Shown piece after piece: positions 29,516 to 37,204 of a DNA stretch of 64,000 nt. The notes under the pieces were generated by a model that was given only the letters and a program-made list of their open reading frames with translations, was not told the DNA's origin and did no database searches. The position numbers and the translations under genes were made by a program. The stretch is taken from contig JBAQFA010000009.1 in assembly GCA_049287025.1 (NCBI GenBank), forward strand, positions 24,802-88,801. The letters are read 5' to 3'. This DNA is from Candidatus Magasanikiibacteriota bacterium (GTDB lineage: Bacteria; Patescibacteriota; Patescibacteriia; Magasanikbacterales; UBA922). Every line of letters starts with the position of its first letter. Within the stretch, counting starts at the first letter, position 1.

Positions 29516-30103
29516 ATGCGTACAATGTTAGTCGCGTTGCTGTCGCTGGTGCTGTTTTCAAGTATTGCTCAGGCCGAAACCTACAACACCAGGTTGCTCC
29601 TGCACGGTCACAAGACCGTCGGTGAGGGATTCGGAGTCGCGGGTTGGGTGATTGCGCCCAACATCACAAGCGTACCGAACAAGTGGGTAACCCTCGTCGG
29701 CCCGTGCTACGATGGACAGGGGTGGGGTGTAGAATTGTTGGCAGGAGCGGTTGTTTCTGGTGGCGAGAGCAAGTTTCTTGTAGATGTCAGAATAACGTTC
29801 ACTCCAAAATTCTTCGGCATCCCCTTGAACACCTGGCACAACTTCCAGTGGATTCGAACCGGAGGCTCTGGCACGGGTTACTGGTATGGACAGGTTGACT
29901 GGGTGTTGCCACTCGGACTTGGACTTCTCGGTACAGAAACCGAGAACACGTTCAACGTGAGTGGCAATGACTGGTCAGTCGCGCCTCACGTCGTGATCTC
30001 TTTCGGTGATCACTTCGCGCTAGTGTTCGCTCCACAAGCTCATTTCAATGCACGTGGCTACACTGGCACGCAAGCGTGGGTTCGTACGGTCGTGAGTCAC
30101 TAG
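29516..30103 (+). CDS. GC-rich cassette 1b: secreted beta-rich protein with a signal peptide
   Basis: A strong SD AAGGAGG precedes the ATG. The signal peptide is MRTMLVALLSLVLFSSIAQA. The rest shows alternating hydrophobic Gly/Trp-rich strands, like a small OMP or beta-barrel. The segment is about 60% GC or more. Confidence 0.6.
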   Translation: MRTMLVALLSLVLFSSIAQAETYNTRLLLHGHKTVGEGFGVAGWVIAPNITSVPNKWVTLVGPCYDGQGWGVELLAGAVVSGGESKFLVDVRITFTPKFFGIPLNTWHNFQWIRTGGSGTGYWYGQVDWVLPLGLGLLGTETENTFNVSGNDWSVAPHVVISFGDHFALVFAPQAHFNARGYTGTQAWVRTVVSH

Positions 30104-30175
30104 TCGTTCTTTTATAGGGGGGAGGACTTACTTGAGACTAGTCATCTCACGTGGACCGGCACGTAAAAATCCGGG

Positions 30176-30236
30176 ATTCTAGTTAGTACTAAGTAGATAT
30201 CAAAAAACCACGCCTCATCGGCGGGTTTTTTGTTTA
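30176..30236 (+). terminator. Conserved element T1 (copy a): ATTCTAGTTAGTACTAAGTAGATA box plus an intrinsic terminator
   Basis: AAAAAACCACGCC tcatc GGCGGGTTTTTTGTTT. A near-identical copy lies at 31839-31902. Confidence 0.65.
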
Positions 30237-30254
30237 CTTTGGGTAATTTATGAT

Positions 30255-31049
30255 TTATTTTTTCTTTTTGGCAAGTTGAGAGAGTGGTACGGCCGTATTC
30301 CAAGCTAGTTCATATAGCGCTTTTAGAATTTTTACCAAAGATGTACTTTCTATCATTACACCAATTTTGTGTGGTTTATGAGTGACGAAGACAATTTTTG
30401 ATTCAAAAATATTAATTTCACCAAAAAAGTCCTCAATTCCTGGTAGTTGATTAGGTTTAAGCCATTTAATATGAGTATAAGTCATTGATCCTTTATAATT
30501 CGTCATCCAAGTTCTAGCTGTAGGTGTATCCAAAGCAATAATACGTTCATGAATTTTACGTTTACTGCGTTCACGATTATAGCCTTCACCCCAAGTTTTG
30601 AATTCCGGCCAACTCCAGCCTTCAAAATCGGCAATAGAAAGAATTTCGGTTTTTGAATCTAAGCTCTCCCAATAAATATTTTTTAAACCCTGGGTACCTT
30701 CTTGATATTTGATAACTGGCTTTTCGGCAAACTTATAAATCGAAAATAATTTTGGTAAAACTTTTTCTACATTTAATAATTTATCTTCCCATTGCTTTTT
30801 TTTGTTTTTAATATGTTGAACCAGACGCCCTGGATTTTCCGAAGTATAAATCATTTTCGATCCTTTGCCAGTCGCGCGATCTACCAAACCATACCAACCT
30901 AACTTTTCCAAAGCATAATAACCAAGCGTTCGGTTGATACCAGCTTTTTTGGTTATCTCGGCTACAGTAGCAGGACCAAGTTCGAGCAAGGCTAAATATA
31001 CTTTGCCTTCGGTTTCATCTAAACCTAATTGACTGATTAAATCTTTCAT
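30255..31049 (-). CDS. TrmB-family regulator paralog B
   Basis: N-terminus LGLDETEGKVYLALLELGPATVAEITKKAGINRTLGYYALEKLGWYGLV. The C-terminus is ..ILKALYELAWNTA..LAKKKK. Confidence 0.75.
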   Translation of the reverse strand: MKDLISQLGLDETEGKVYLALLELGPATVAEITKKAGINRTLGYYALEKLGWYGLVDRATGKGSKMIYTSENPGRLVQHIKNKKKQWEDKLLNVEKVLPKLFSIYKFAEKPVIKYQEGTQGLKNIYWESLDSKTEILSIADFEGWSWPEFKTWGEGYNRERSKRKIHERIIALDTPTARTWMTNYKGSMTYTHIKWLKPNQLPGIEDFFGEINIFESKIVFVTHKPHKIGVMIESTSLVKILKALYELAWNTAVPLSQLAKKKK

Positions 31050-31164
31050 GTTTTTATTCTACTATATATTTGGAAATGTGTCAAATCTATTTAACAGAAA
31101 ATTATTTATATAGCAAAATACTTTATAATTAGCCAAATATTAATAATTAACTAATAAAACAATA

Positions 31165-31193
31165 TTGACAGTTATTGTAAAATGTGGAATAAT
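31165..31193 (+). promoter_or_regulatory. Sigma70 promoter TTGACA-17-AATAAT for cassette 2. Palindromes lie downstream.
   Basis: The hexamers and spacing fit sigma70. GTTCTAGAAtgaaaaTTCTgGAAC and GAGTGTctgaACACTC lie between the promoter and the SD. Confidence 0.5.
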
Positions 31194-31301
31194 AAGTAGT
31201 TCTAGAATGAAAATTCTGGAACCAAATTGATTGGGAGTGTCTGAACACTCTGTATATATGGTCTGGCGTTCTTTACACACGTGCTAGTTGGAGGGAACAT
31301 C

Positions 31302-31727
31302 ATGAAAAGGTGCATCAAGGCTCCGGGAATTAACGCTTTCAGTGGCGAGGGTGAAGTGGGGAAGTTAGAAGATGTCCCCGGAAAACAAGGTTGCCTTCCA
31401 TTTGATCCTAGTCCGGCCGTAGGGGGTTGGATGAAGGACGACAATTGTAAAGTGGAGGCACCACCAGAGGGGTGCACGCTCGAAGTGCCCGAAACGATCC
31501 TATGCCCCAATGGAAAAAACATCCCAGCTGGAAAGTACAAGGTGGGAAAACTGCCTGATGACAAGATTCTGCATCGCTATCATGATCACGTTCTGCCCCT
31601 CACCGATGAGAAGGGGGTCACCCGGCATTATTGCATTGAAAGTTCCGGTAGGCATGTCGACTGGTCGGGATGCGTCTGCATCTTGATTCGTGTGGAGACG
31701 CGCGAAGAGCGACTGCTGATTCAGTAG
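31302..31727 (+). CDS. GC-rich cassette 2: Cys-rich hypothetical protein
   Basis: SD GGAGGG. About 141 aa with about 11 Cys. The segment is GC-rich. Confidence 0.5.
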   Translation: MKRCIKAPGINAFSGEGEVGKLEDVPGKQGCLPFDPSPAVGGWMKDDNCKVEAPPEGCTLEVPETILCPNGKNIPAGKYKVGKLPDDKILHRYHDHVLPLTDEKGVTRHYCIESSGRHVDWSGCVCILIRVETREERLLIQ

Positions 31728-31781
31728 CCATAAATTAAGGGGGGCAAGACGTAGTCTGGATTCGTCAACCAGTCCACCTGC

Positions 31782-31808
31782 CGGAGAGGTAGGCGTAGGC
31801 CGGCGCGT
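31782..31808 (+). repeat. Box A, GGCGTAGGCCGGCGCGTGAGCTCGGCA, copy 1
   Basis: This 27-mer appears five times in the window, always 20-60 nt downstream of a GC-rich cassette. Confidence 0.7.
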
Positions 31809-31838
31809 GAGCTCGGCACCGTGCGCCCGACACATTCA

Positions 31839-31902
31839 AAACGGGCAAATTCTAGTTAGTACTAAGTAGATAACAAAAAACCACGCCCTATCAGCGCGGT
31901 TT
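31839..31902 (+). terminator. Conserved element T1 (copy b)
   Basis: ATTCTAGTTAGTACTAAGTAGATAACAAAAAACCACGCC ctatcagc GCGGTTTTTTGTTT. Confidence 0.65.
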
Positions 31903-31928
31903 TTTGTTTGTTTTGAATAATTTATAAA

Positions 31929-32732
31929 TTATTTTTTCTTTTTACTAGTTTTAGCAAGCGGTGTAGCTGTAATCCACGCCAGTTCAAAAATCGCTTTTAA
32001 AATATTAGATAAAGCCGTGCTTTCTATAATTATGCCAATAGGGATTGGTTTCTTGAATAAAGCCATCATTACTTTATTATCATAAATATTAATTTCACCA
32101 CCTAAATCTTTGATAGTTGGTACTTGTTCGGGTTTTATCCAGCGATAATTAATATATTTTTTTGATCCTTGATAATGTTTCATCCAATCTCTTCCTTCGG
32201 GTGTATCTAAAACCAAAACGCGTTCAGAAATTTTTCTTTTACTACGTTCGCGGGTATATTCTTTGCCCCATTTAAAAAGATTAAACTCTGGTGTATACCA
32301 AGCTTGCAAATCCAAGACTGATAAAATTTCTGATTTGGCTTCTAAAGTTTCCCAATAAATATTTTTGGCACCCTCAACACCTTCTTGAAATCTAACGCTG
32401 GGTTTTTCGGCCACGGTATAGAGTAAATAAAAATCTGGCAATTGTGATTCTAATTCTTTTTCTTTTCTTTCCCAAGTATTAATTTTTGATTTTACAAAAT
32501 GTTTTAAATTTTTGGGATCTTTGGCTACAAATTGAATGCGTTTCTTTTGTCCAGAAGAACGATTGACTAGGCCAAACCAACCAAGTTTTTCTAGGGCATG
32601 ATAACAAAGGGTGTGACCAATGCCAGCTTTGCGGGCAATGGCGCTGGCGCCAGAAGGTCCAAGTTGTAAAAGGGCAATATAGACTTTGGCTTCTGTTTCT
32701 TCAAAGCCAATGCTTTTAAGAATTTCTAACAT
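31929..32732 (-). CDS. TrmB-family regulator paralog C
   Basis: N-terminus IGFEETEAKVYIALLQLGPSGASAIARKAGIGHTLCYHALEKLGWFGLV. The C-terminus is ..ILKAIFELAWITA..KKKK. Confidence 0.75.
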   Translation of the reverse strand: MLEILKSIGFEETEAKVYIALLQLGPSGASAIARKAGIGHTLCYHALEKLGWFGLVNRSSGQKKRIQFVAKDPKNLKHFVKSKINTWERKEKELESQLPDFYLLYTVAEKPSVRFQEGVEGAKNIYWETLEAKSEILSVLDLQAWYTPEFNLFKWGKEYTRERSKRKISERVLVLDTPEGRDWMKHYQGSKKYINYRWIKPEQVPTIKDLGGEINIYDNKVMMALFKKPIPIGIIIESTALSNILKAIFELAWITATPLAKTSKKKK

Positions 32733-32865
32733 AGAATTTTATTTTAGAATTTATTAGATATATTTATTATAACACAAAAATAAATTTATTTCAATATCAA
32801 ATTGAAAATAATTACTAGATTGTAAATTTTTATTTAAAATAAGCCAAAAATGGTTTATTTATTTT

Positions 32866-32895
32866 AAATTGAGTATTGACATACTCCATAATCTA
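32866..32895 (+). promoter_or_regulatory. Sigma70 promoter for the cassette 3-5 array
   Basis: TTGACA, a 17-18 bp spacer, then cATAATt. Confidence 0.5.
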
Positions 32896-32896
32896 A

Positions 32897-32963
32897 TGCA
32901 TAATTACTTGTTCTGACGATCGAGGATTGGCCTTGAGAGTTGGACGCTAACTGGGAGGGCATC
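32897..32963 (+). promoter_or_regulatory. Conserved cassette leader, CTTGTTCTGACGATCGAGGATTGGCCTTGAGAGTTGGACG, with an SD
   Basis: The same leader, 34 of 39 nt identical, follows the minus-strand array promoter at 48712-48660. Diverged copies precede cassettes 4 and 7. Confidence 0.65.
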
Positions 32964-33311
32964 ATGGCCGAAGAGCACGAGGTACGGTGTGATAACTGCG
33001 CCCACCACCACGTAGGAAGCGGGGGTTGTTTCGGCAAAGTAGAGAGCAGGTTCCCCATGTACGATTTTCATAGAGGAGTAAAATACTGCATGTGGGGGGG
33101 GACCCCCAGCCGAATTGTGACCTTTTCTAGATTGAAGGGGTGCCCGCTGGGTGTGGAGTTTGTGCCACTCCGCTGGTGTGGTACCTGTGGCAACTTGGTC
33201 CAAACGGACCAAGGGTGTGCTCACCGGTTGGAGGGTTGCGAGGACCCCAGCTACAGGTGCTGGAAGATTCACCCCGACCTCAAGGAGGGTATGAGACAAC
33301 AGTACCTCTAG
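32964..33311 (+). CDS. GC-rich cassette 3: Cys/His-rich hypothetical protein
   Basis: SD GGGAGG. About 115 aa with CxxC pairs (CDNC, CGTC). Confidence 0.5.
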   Translation: MAEEHEVRCDNCAHHHVGSGGCFGKVESRFPMYDFHRGVKYCMWGGTPSRIVTFSRLKGCPLGVEFVPLRWCGTCGNLVQTDQGCAHRLEGCEDPSYRCWKIHPDLKEGMRQQYL

Positions 33312-33334
33312 ACTACCCACCTATGGGTTAAACA

Positions 33335-33480
33335 GGCGTAGGCCGACGCGTGAGCTCGGCATTCCATTTTTGTCCAAAATATTATTTTTTGCATAAAGAT
33401 GGAGGCGCTCTTTAAAAACAAACAATCCGCACTGGTGGTGTTGGTTGAAGAGATATAGTTCTGACTTAACGGAGGCTAGA
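33335..33480 (+). repeat. Inter-cassette element R, copy 1: box A, hairpin 1, box C, hairpin 2, leader-like with SD
   Basis: Box A spans 33335-33361. Hairpin 1 is CCATTTTTG..CATAAAGATGG at 33364-33402. Box C is GCGCTCTTTAAAAACAAACAA. Hairpin 2 is CaCTGGTGGTGttG. It is more than 85% identical to copy 2 at 34177-34339. Confidence 0.7.
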
Positions 33481-34149
33481 ATGGGATACGACCCAAACCA
33501 AATGGCCCAAAGGTATTTGAGGGTCGACTGGGCCGACGTGAAGGGCTATGCCGCTTACGCGGTAGAGTCCACGTTCGGGGACCAAGTACCACCACCCATA
33601 AAAAGGAGACTCGAGGTATTGGACGGTATAAGGGACAAGGAAGGTCCCGAAGCCGCCTGTCTCGAGGCAGCAAGGATCGAATGTGAATGCCAAGTCGTTC
33701 AGGAGAAAAGAACTGAACGACGGCAGTGGAGAACGGGAGACGACCCATACAAATATGGGTCTTCGTTCTCTTCGAAGTTTGTCATCATAGATTATAATGG
33801 TGAAAAAAGATTCTACATCGCTCATAATTGGCATATGCAGGCCGTTTTCGTTTTCGCCAAAATTCTGGTGGATAGAAATAAAAAAGTCGATTTTCACGTT
33901 CTGGGTGGGGGGTGGTTCCGTGCTAATCATCCCCTAACTGTTGGCGGTTTTAGCGGTGATTTTAGCTCGTTCAAAATCTCTGACTTGAGTGAGGCGTTGG
34001 GTGGGCTTGAATTCACCGACAAAGATCCCGGTGATTGGCGCACGAATTCCATGCGTGCCACCCATATTGATTGGGCTTTTATCGAAAAAGCCCGTGACTC
34101 CTCTGAGAAATACAGGGAGGTATGGAAACGGATCTTTGAGGAGGAATAA
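33481..34149 (+). CDS. GC-rich cassette 4: hypothetical protein
   Basis: SD GGAGG 7 nt upstream of the ATG (MGYDPNQ). About 222 aa, GC-rich, no recognised domain. Confidence 0.5.
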   Translation: MGYDPNQMAQRYLRVDWADVKGYAAYAVESTFGDQVPPPIKRRLEVLDGIRDKEGPEAACLEAARIECECQVVQEKRTERRQWRTGDDPYKYGSSFSSKFVIIDYNGEKRFYIAHNWHMQAVFVFAKILVDRNKKVDFHVLGGGWFRANHPLTVGGFSGDFSSFKISDLSEALGGLEFTDKDPGDWRTNSMRATHIDWAFIEKARDSSEKYREVWKRIFEEE

Positions 34150-34176
34150 TAGACGTAATCTGATTTCGTCAATCAG

Positions 34177-34339
34177 CGTAGGCCGGCGCGTTAGCTCGGC
34201 ATTCCATCTTTGTATAAAAATAATTTTATATAAAGATGGTTGTCGCTCTTTAAAAACAAACAACTAACACTGGTGGTGTTGGTTGGTGATATATAAAAAG
34301 GACTGGTGGCGGACACAACCCTTGGAGAAGGAGTTGAAA
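34177..34339 (+). repeat. Inter-cassette element R, copy 2
   Basis: Box A spans 34177-34202. Hairpin 1 is the perfect palindrome CCATCTTTGTATAAAAATAATTTTATATAAAGATGG at 34205-34240. Box C, hairpin 2 (CAACtAACACtggtgGTGTTgGTTG) and the SD GAAGGAG follow. Confidence 0.7.
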
Positions 34340-34759
34340 ATGAGTACTGTCAAGATACTCATCATCGACGACGGTGATGAGAAAGTCGATCGACTGAAAG
34401 GTTATGATCGACTTGGCCACCTCCATGGTGTGGAGGTGGTACGCCGATGGAATTTTAATTCGGCTCTTAAGGAAGGGCCGTACGCGTTTAATGATTTGGA
34501 GCAAACAAAGTTTGACGTGATTATTTTGGACTTTACACTGCCAATGGACAGATTCGGTCATGAGATCTTGGATAAAATTAGACACAGTCCCAGGTTTATT
34601 ATTAACGAAAGAACGGTAGTAATTGGCATTTCCACAGAGTGGAAACGTCTATTACAATATGATTTCGGTTTGAATCTTGCGATCTACAAGGAGGAAACGA
34701 TGGCTGACGAACTGGAAACAGCCATCAAGTCCTTCGTCGCCACTGGCAAAGTCAAATAA
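34340..34759 (+). CDS. GC-rich cassette 5: orphan CheY-like receiver-domain protein
   Basis: VKILIIDDGDEKVDRL...FDVIILDFTLPMDRFGHEILDKIR...T...K fits a receiver fold with an acidic pocket and a phospho-acceptor Asp. There is no output domain and no partner kinase nearby. Confidence 0.55.
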   Translation: MSTVKILIIDDGDEKVDRLKGYDRLGHLHGVEVVRRWNFNSALKEGPYAFNDLEQTKFDVIILDFTLPMDRFGHEILDKIRHSPRFIINERTVVIGISTEWKRLLQYDFGLNLAIYKEETMADELETAIKSFVATGKVK

Positions 34760-34799
34760 TTTGGGGAGGGAAAGACGAAGCTTGGGATTTGTCACCCAA

Positions 34800-34890
34800 C
34801 GTAGGCCGGCGCGTGAGCTCGGCAATCTCCTTTTTCGCGAAAGAAAGAGCAAAAAAGATCCAGTAAAACTGGGCTTTTTTGTTTGTGGAT
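34800..34890 (+). terminator. Box A (copy 4) followed by an intrinsic terminator. This is the end of the cassette array.
   Basis: CGTAGGCCGGCGCGTGAGCTCGGCA, then AAAACTGGGCTTTTTTGTTTG. Confidence 0.6.
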
Positions 34891-34897
34891 AAAATAG

Positions 34898-34926
34898 TTG
34901 ACAATGTGTCTAATATCGTGTATAGT
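34898..34926 (+). promoter_or_regulatory. Sigma70 promoter TTGACA-17-TATAGT
   Basis: Consensus hexamers upstream of the 34960 gene. Confidence 0.5.
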
Positions 34927-34959
34927 ATATAATATATTATAAACTATATACTATAAACT

Positions 34960-35460
34960 ATGAAAACAGACACTACTGACAAAATTTTAGAGTATATTAA
35001 AGAAAAAGGACAGGTTAAACCAAAAGATATAATTAATTATATTGGTTTTGGTGCGCCTGCTGTTTTTAGACAATTAAAAAAACTCATAAGTGAAGGTAAG
35101 ATAGAAAAAAGTGGCACTCCACCAATGGTTTATTATCATTTTCCGATTGACATAAAAGATATAGAGGTTAACGAAAAGAAAATTTTTGATATAAAAATAA
35201 ATTTAAAAGAATTTGGTATTCATCTTTCAGATAGAGAATCAGCCAAAAGATCGTTATTGTTTATTAAGATGAGGTATAAGAAAATTATTGATAATGTCAA
35301 TAAAATTGAAATTAATTTTGAGGATATAAAAGTACTAGGACCTGGCTGGGCTGACGAATTTATTTCTAATTTATCAAAAGAGTATCCAGGAAAGATAGTT
35401 TTGTTGCCTAGTAATAATGCTAGCATAAAAGCTTCGTTACAATTTATTAATATAAAATAA
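34960..35460 (+). CDS. Hypothetical wHTH protein with a possible STAS-like C-terminal domain
   Basis: 166 aa, AT-rich with native-like composition. The N-terminus is a winged-helix-like segment (ILEYIKEKGQVKPKDIINYIG). Confidence 0.35.
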   Translation: MKTDTTDKILEYIKEKGQVKPKDIINYIGFGAPAVFRQLKKLISEGKIEKSGTPPMVYYHFPIDIKDIEVNEKKIFDIKINLKEFGIHLSDRESAKRSLLFIKMRYKKIIDNVNKIEINFEDIKVLGPGWADEFISNLSKEYPGKIVLLPSNNASIKASLQFINIK

Positions 35461-35484
35461 TTTAACATAATTAATTGTTATTTT

Positions 35485-35799
35485 ATGAGCATTGTTTTTC
35501 TTGATGATGATGTGGAAAATTTTATTTATAGTCTAGAAAATAAAACAAAAGCTAAGGTTTTGCGAACGTTGGATTTGCTAGAAGAGTTTGGTTATAATCT
35601 GGGCATGCCACATACAAAAAAGATTAAAAATAATCTTTTTGAATTGAGAGTATTGGGTAGAAATCAGGTGCGATTATTTTATACATTTTTAAAACCAAAT
35701 ATAATTGTTTTGTGTGGCTTTAGAAAGAAGACTCAGAAAATTCCTAGTCATGAATTGGAGAAAGCCCTGCATAAATTAAAGTTGCTTGACAAGATATAA
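35485..35799 (+). CDS. higB: Type II toxin, RelE/HigB-like (Gp49/DUF891 type)
   Basis: 104 aa. ..LFELRV..RLFYTF..IVLCGFRKKTQKIPSHELEKA is typical of phage-derived HigB-like killers. An HTH antitoxin gene lies immediately downstream. Confidence 0.6.
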   Translation: MSIVFLDDDVENFIYSLENKTKAKVLRTLDLLEEFGYNLGMPHTKKIKNNLFELRVLGRNQVRLFYTFLKPNIIVLCGFRKKTQKIPSHELEKALHKLKLLDKI

Positions 35800-35822
35800 C
35801 ATATATGTTATATTATAAATGT

Positions 35823-36095
35823 ATGAAAAATTACAATAAAATTAAATCAGAAATATTAAAAGACCCTAAGTTCAAAAAAGTCTATGACGATCTTGAGCCA
35901 GAATTTGAATTGGCTCGGCAAATTATTAAAAAGCGTTTGGAATTAGGTTGGTCTCAGTCAGAATTGGCTAGAAAAATGGGTACCAAGCAGTCGGCTATTG
36001 CCAGGTTGGAGTCTGGCGGATATAATCCAAGTATGGCTTTTTTGCAAAAAACAGTTAAGGCATTAAAGGCCGATTTACAGATAATTATTAGTTAA
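35823..36095 (+). CDS. higA: HTH XRE-family antitoxin, HigA-like
   Basis: ..RLELGWSQSELARKMGTKQSAIARLESG.. is an XRE HTH. The gene is about 90 aa and positioned downstream of its toxin, as in higBA. Confidence 0.6.
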   Translation: MKNYNKIKSEILKDPKFKKVYDDLEPEFELARQIIKKRLELGWSQSELARKMGTKQSAIARLESGGYNPSMAFLQKTVKALKADLQIIIS

Positions 36096-36098
36096 ATT

Positions 36099-37187
36099 AT
36101 GCAAAATACATTACTTATAATCCTGGCTTTTTTATTACTCGGAGCCATTGCTCTAATATTTTTGTTATACAGAAAAATGGAAAAAGTTGGTCAGCCAAAA
36201 GAAGGTGAACAAAATATGTTCTTACTTTTGCAACAACAAATGCAAGAGCTGAACAAAACCATGGATCAGAAAATGTCTGACACTCACAAGGTCTTGGGAG
36301 AAAATCAGTTGAATATAAATAAAACAATGCAGACCCAATTTGCCCAAAGTAGCAAAATCATTACTGATATCACAGAAAAATTAACTAGTCTAGATAAAAC
36401 TAATCAACAAGTGATTGGATTTTCGGCACAACTATCAAATTTGGAAAAAGTTTTGAAATCACAAAAGCAAAGAGGAAATTTAGGTGAGGCAGGATTAAAA
36501 ATGGTTTTGGAAAATATGATGCCACCAGGCAGTTTTCAACTGCAATATGAATTTCCCGATGGTGATACAGTTGATGCCCTGATAATAACCAAGGAAGGGA
36601 ATATTCCAATAGATGCTAAGTTTTCTTTGGAAAATTATCAACGACTGATAGATTTGGTGGATGAATCTCAACGTGAAAAATTGGAAACAGAATTTAAAAA
36701 TGATTTGAAAAAAAGAATTGATGAAACTTCTAAATATATTAAACCAAAAGATGGCACTTTGGAATTTGCATTTATGTTTATCCCGAGTGAAGCCATATAT
36801 TATGACTTACTTGTTAATGAAGTGGGGGCGGTAAAAGTAAATACGCGAAATTTAATTGATTATGCTTTTAATGAACGCAAGGTCATTATTGTTTCACCCA
36901 CAACTTTTGCTGCTTATCTCCAAACAGTCTTACAAGGTCTGCGGGCTTTCAAAATAGAAGAAGGAGCCAAGGAAATTAAAAAGAATGTAGAAGTCTTAGG
37001 CAAGCATTTACTGGCTTATGAAGATTTTATGAAGAAATTGGGTGTAAGCATGACCACGACAGTTAATCATTATAATACGGCTTATAAAGAATTGGGGAAG
37101 ATTGACAAAGACGTGGTGAGGATTACTGAGGGTGAGAAAAAGATGGAGCCAGTATTACTTGATAAACCAAAGATTGAAAATGATTAA
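36099..37187 (+). CDS. rmuC: DNA recombination protein RmuC
   Basis: It has an N-terminal TM helix, coiled coils and the RmuC core (FAFMFIPSEAIYYDLL..RKVIIVSPTTFAAYLQTV). Confidence 0.75.
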   Translation: MQNTLLIILAFLLLGAIALIFLLYRKMEKVGQPKEGEQNMFLLLQQQMQELNKTMDQKMSDTHKVLGENQLNINKTMQTQFAQSSKIITDITEKLTSLDKTNQQVIGFSAQLSNLEKVLKSQKQRGNLGEAGLKMVLENMMPPGSFQLQYEFPDGDTVDALIITKEGNIPIDAKFSLENYQRLIDLVDESQREKLETEFKNDLKKRIDETSKYIKPKDGTLEFAFMFIPSEAIYYDLLVNEVGAVKVNTRNLIDYAFNERKVIIVSPTTFAAYLQTVLQGLRAFKIEEGAKEIKKNVEVLGKHLLAYEDFMKKLGVSMTTTVNHYNTAYKELGKIDKDVVRITEGEKKMEPVLLDKPKIEND

Positions 37188-37204
37188 TATTTAATTAATT
37201 TTTT

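Noticed and set aside
28327-34960. Calling the cassette arrays a bona fide integron
   Set aside because: No IntI-type tyrosine recombinase is present in the window. The inter-cassette repeat lacks an obvious GTTRRRY core. The first cassettes have their own promoters. I therefore describe it as integron-like rather than as an integron.
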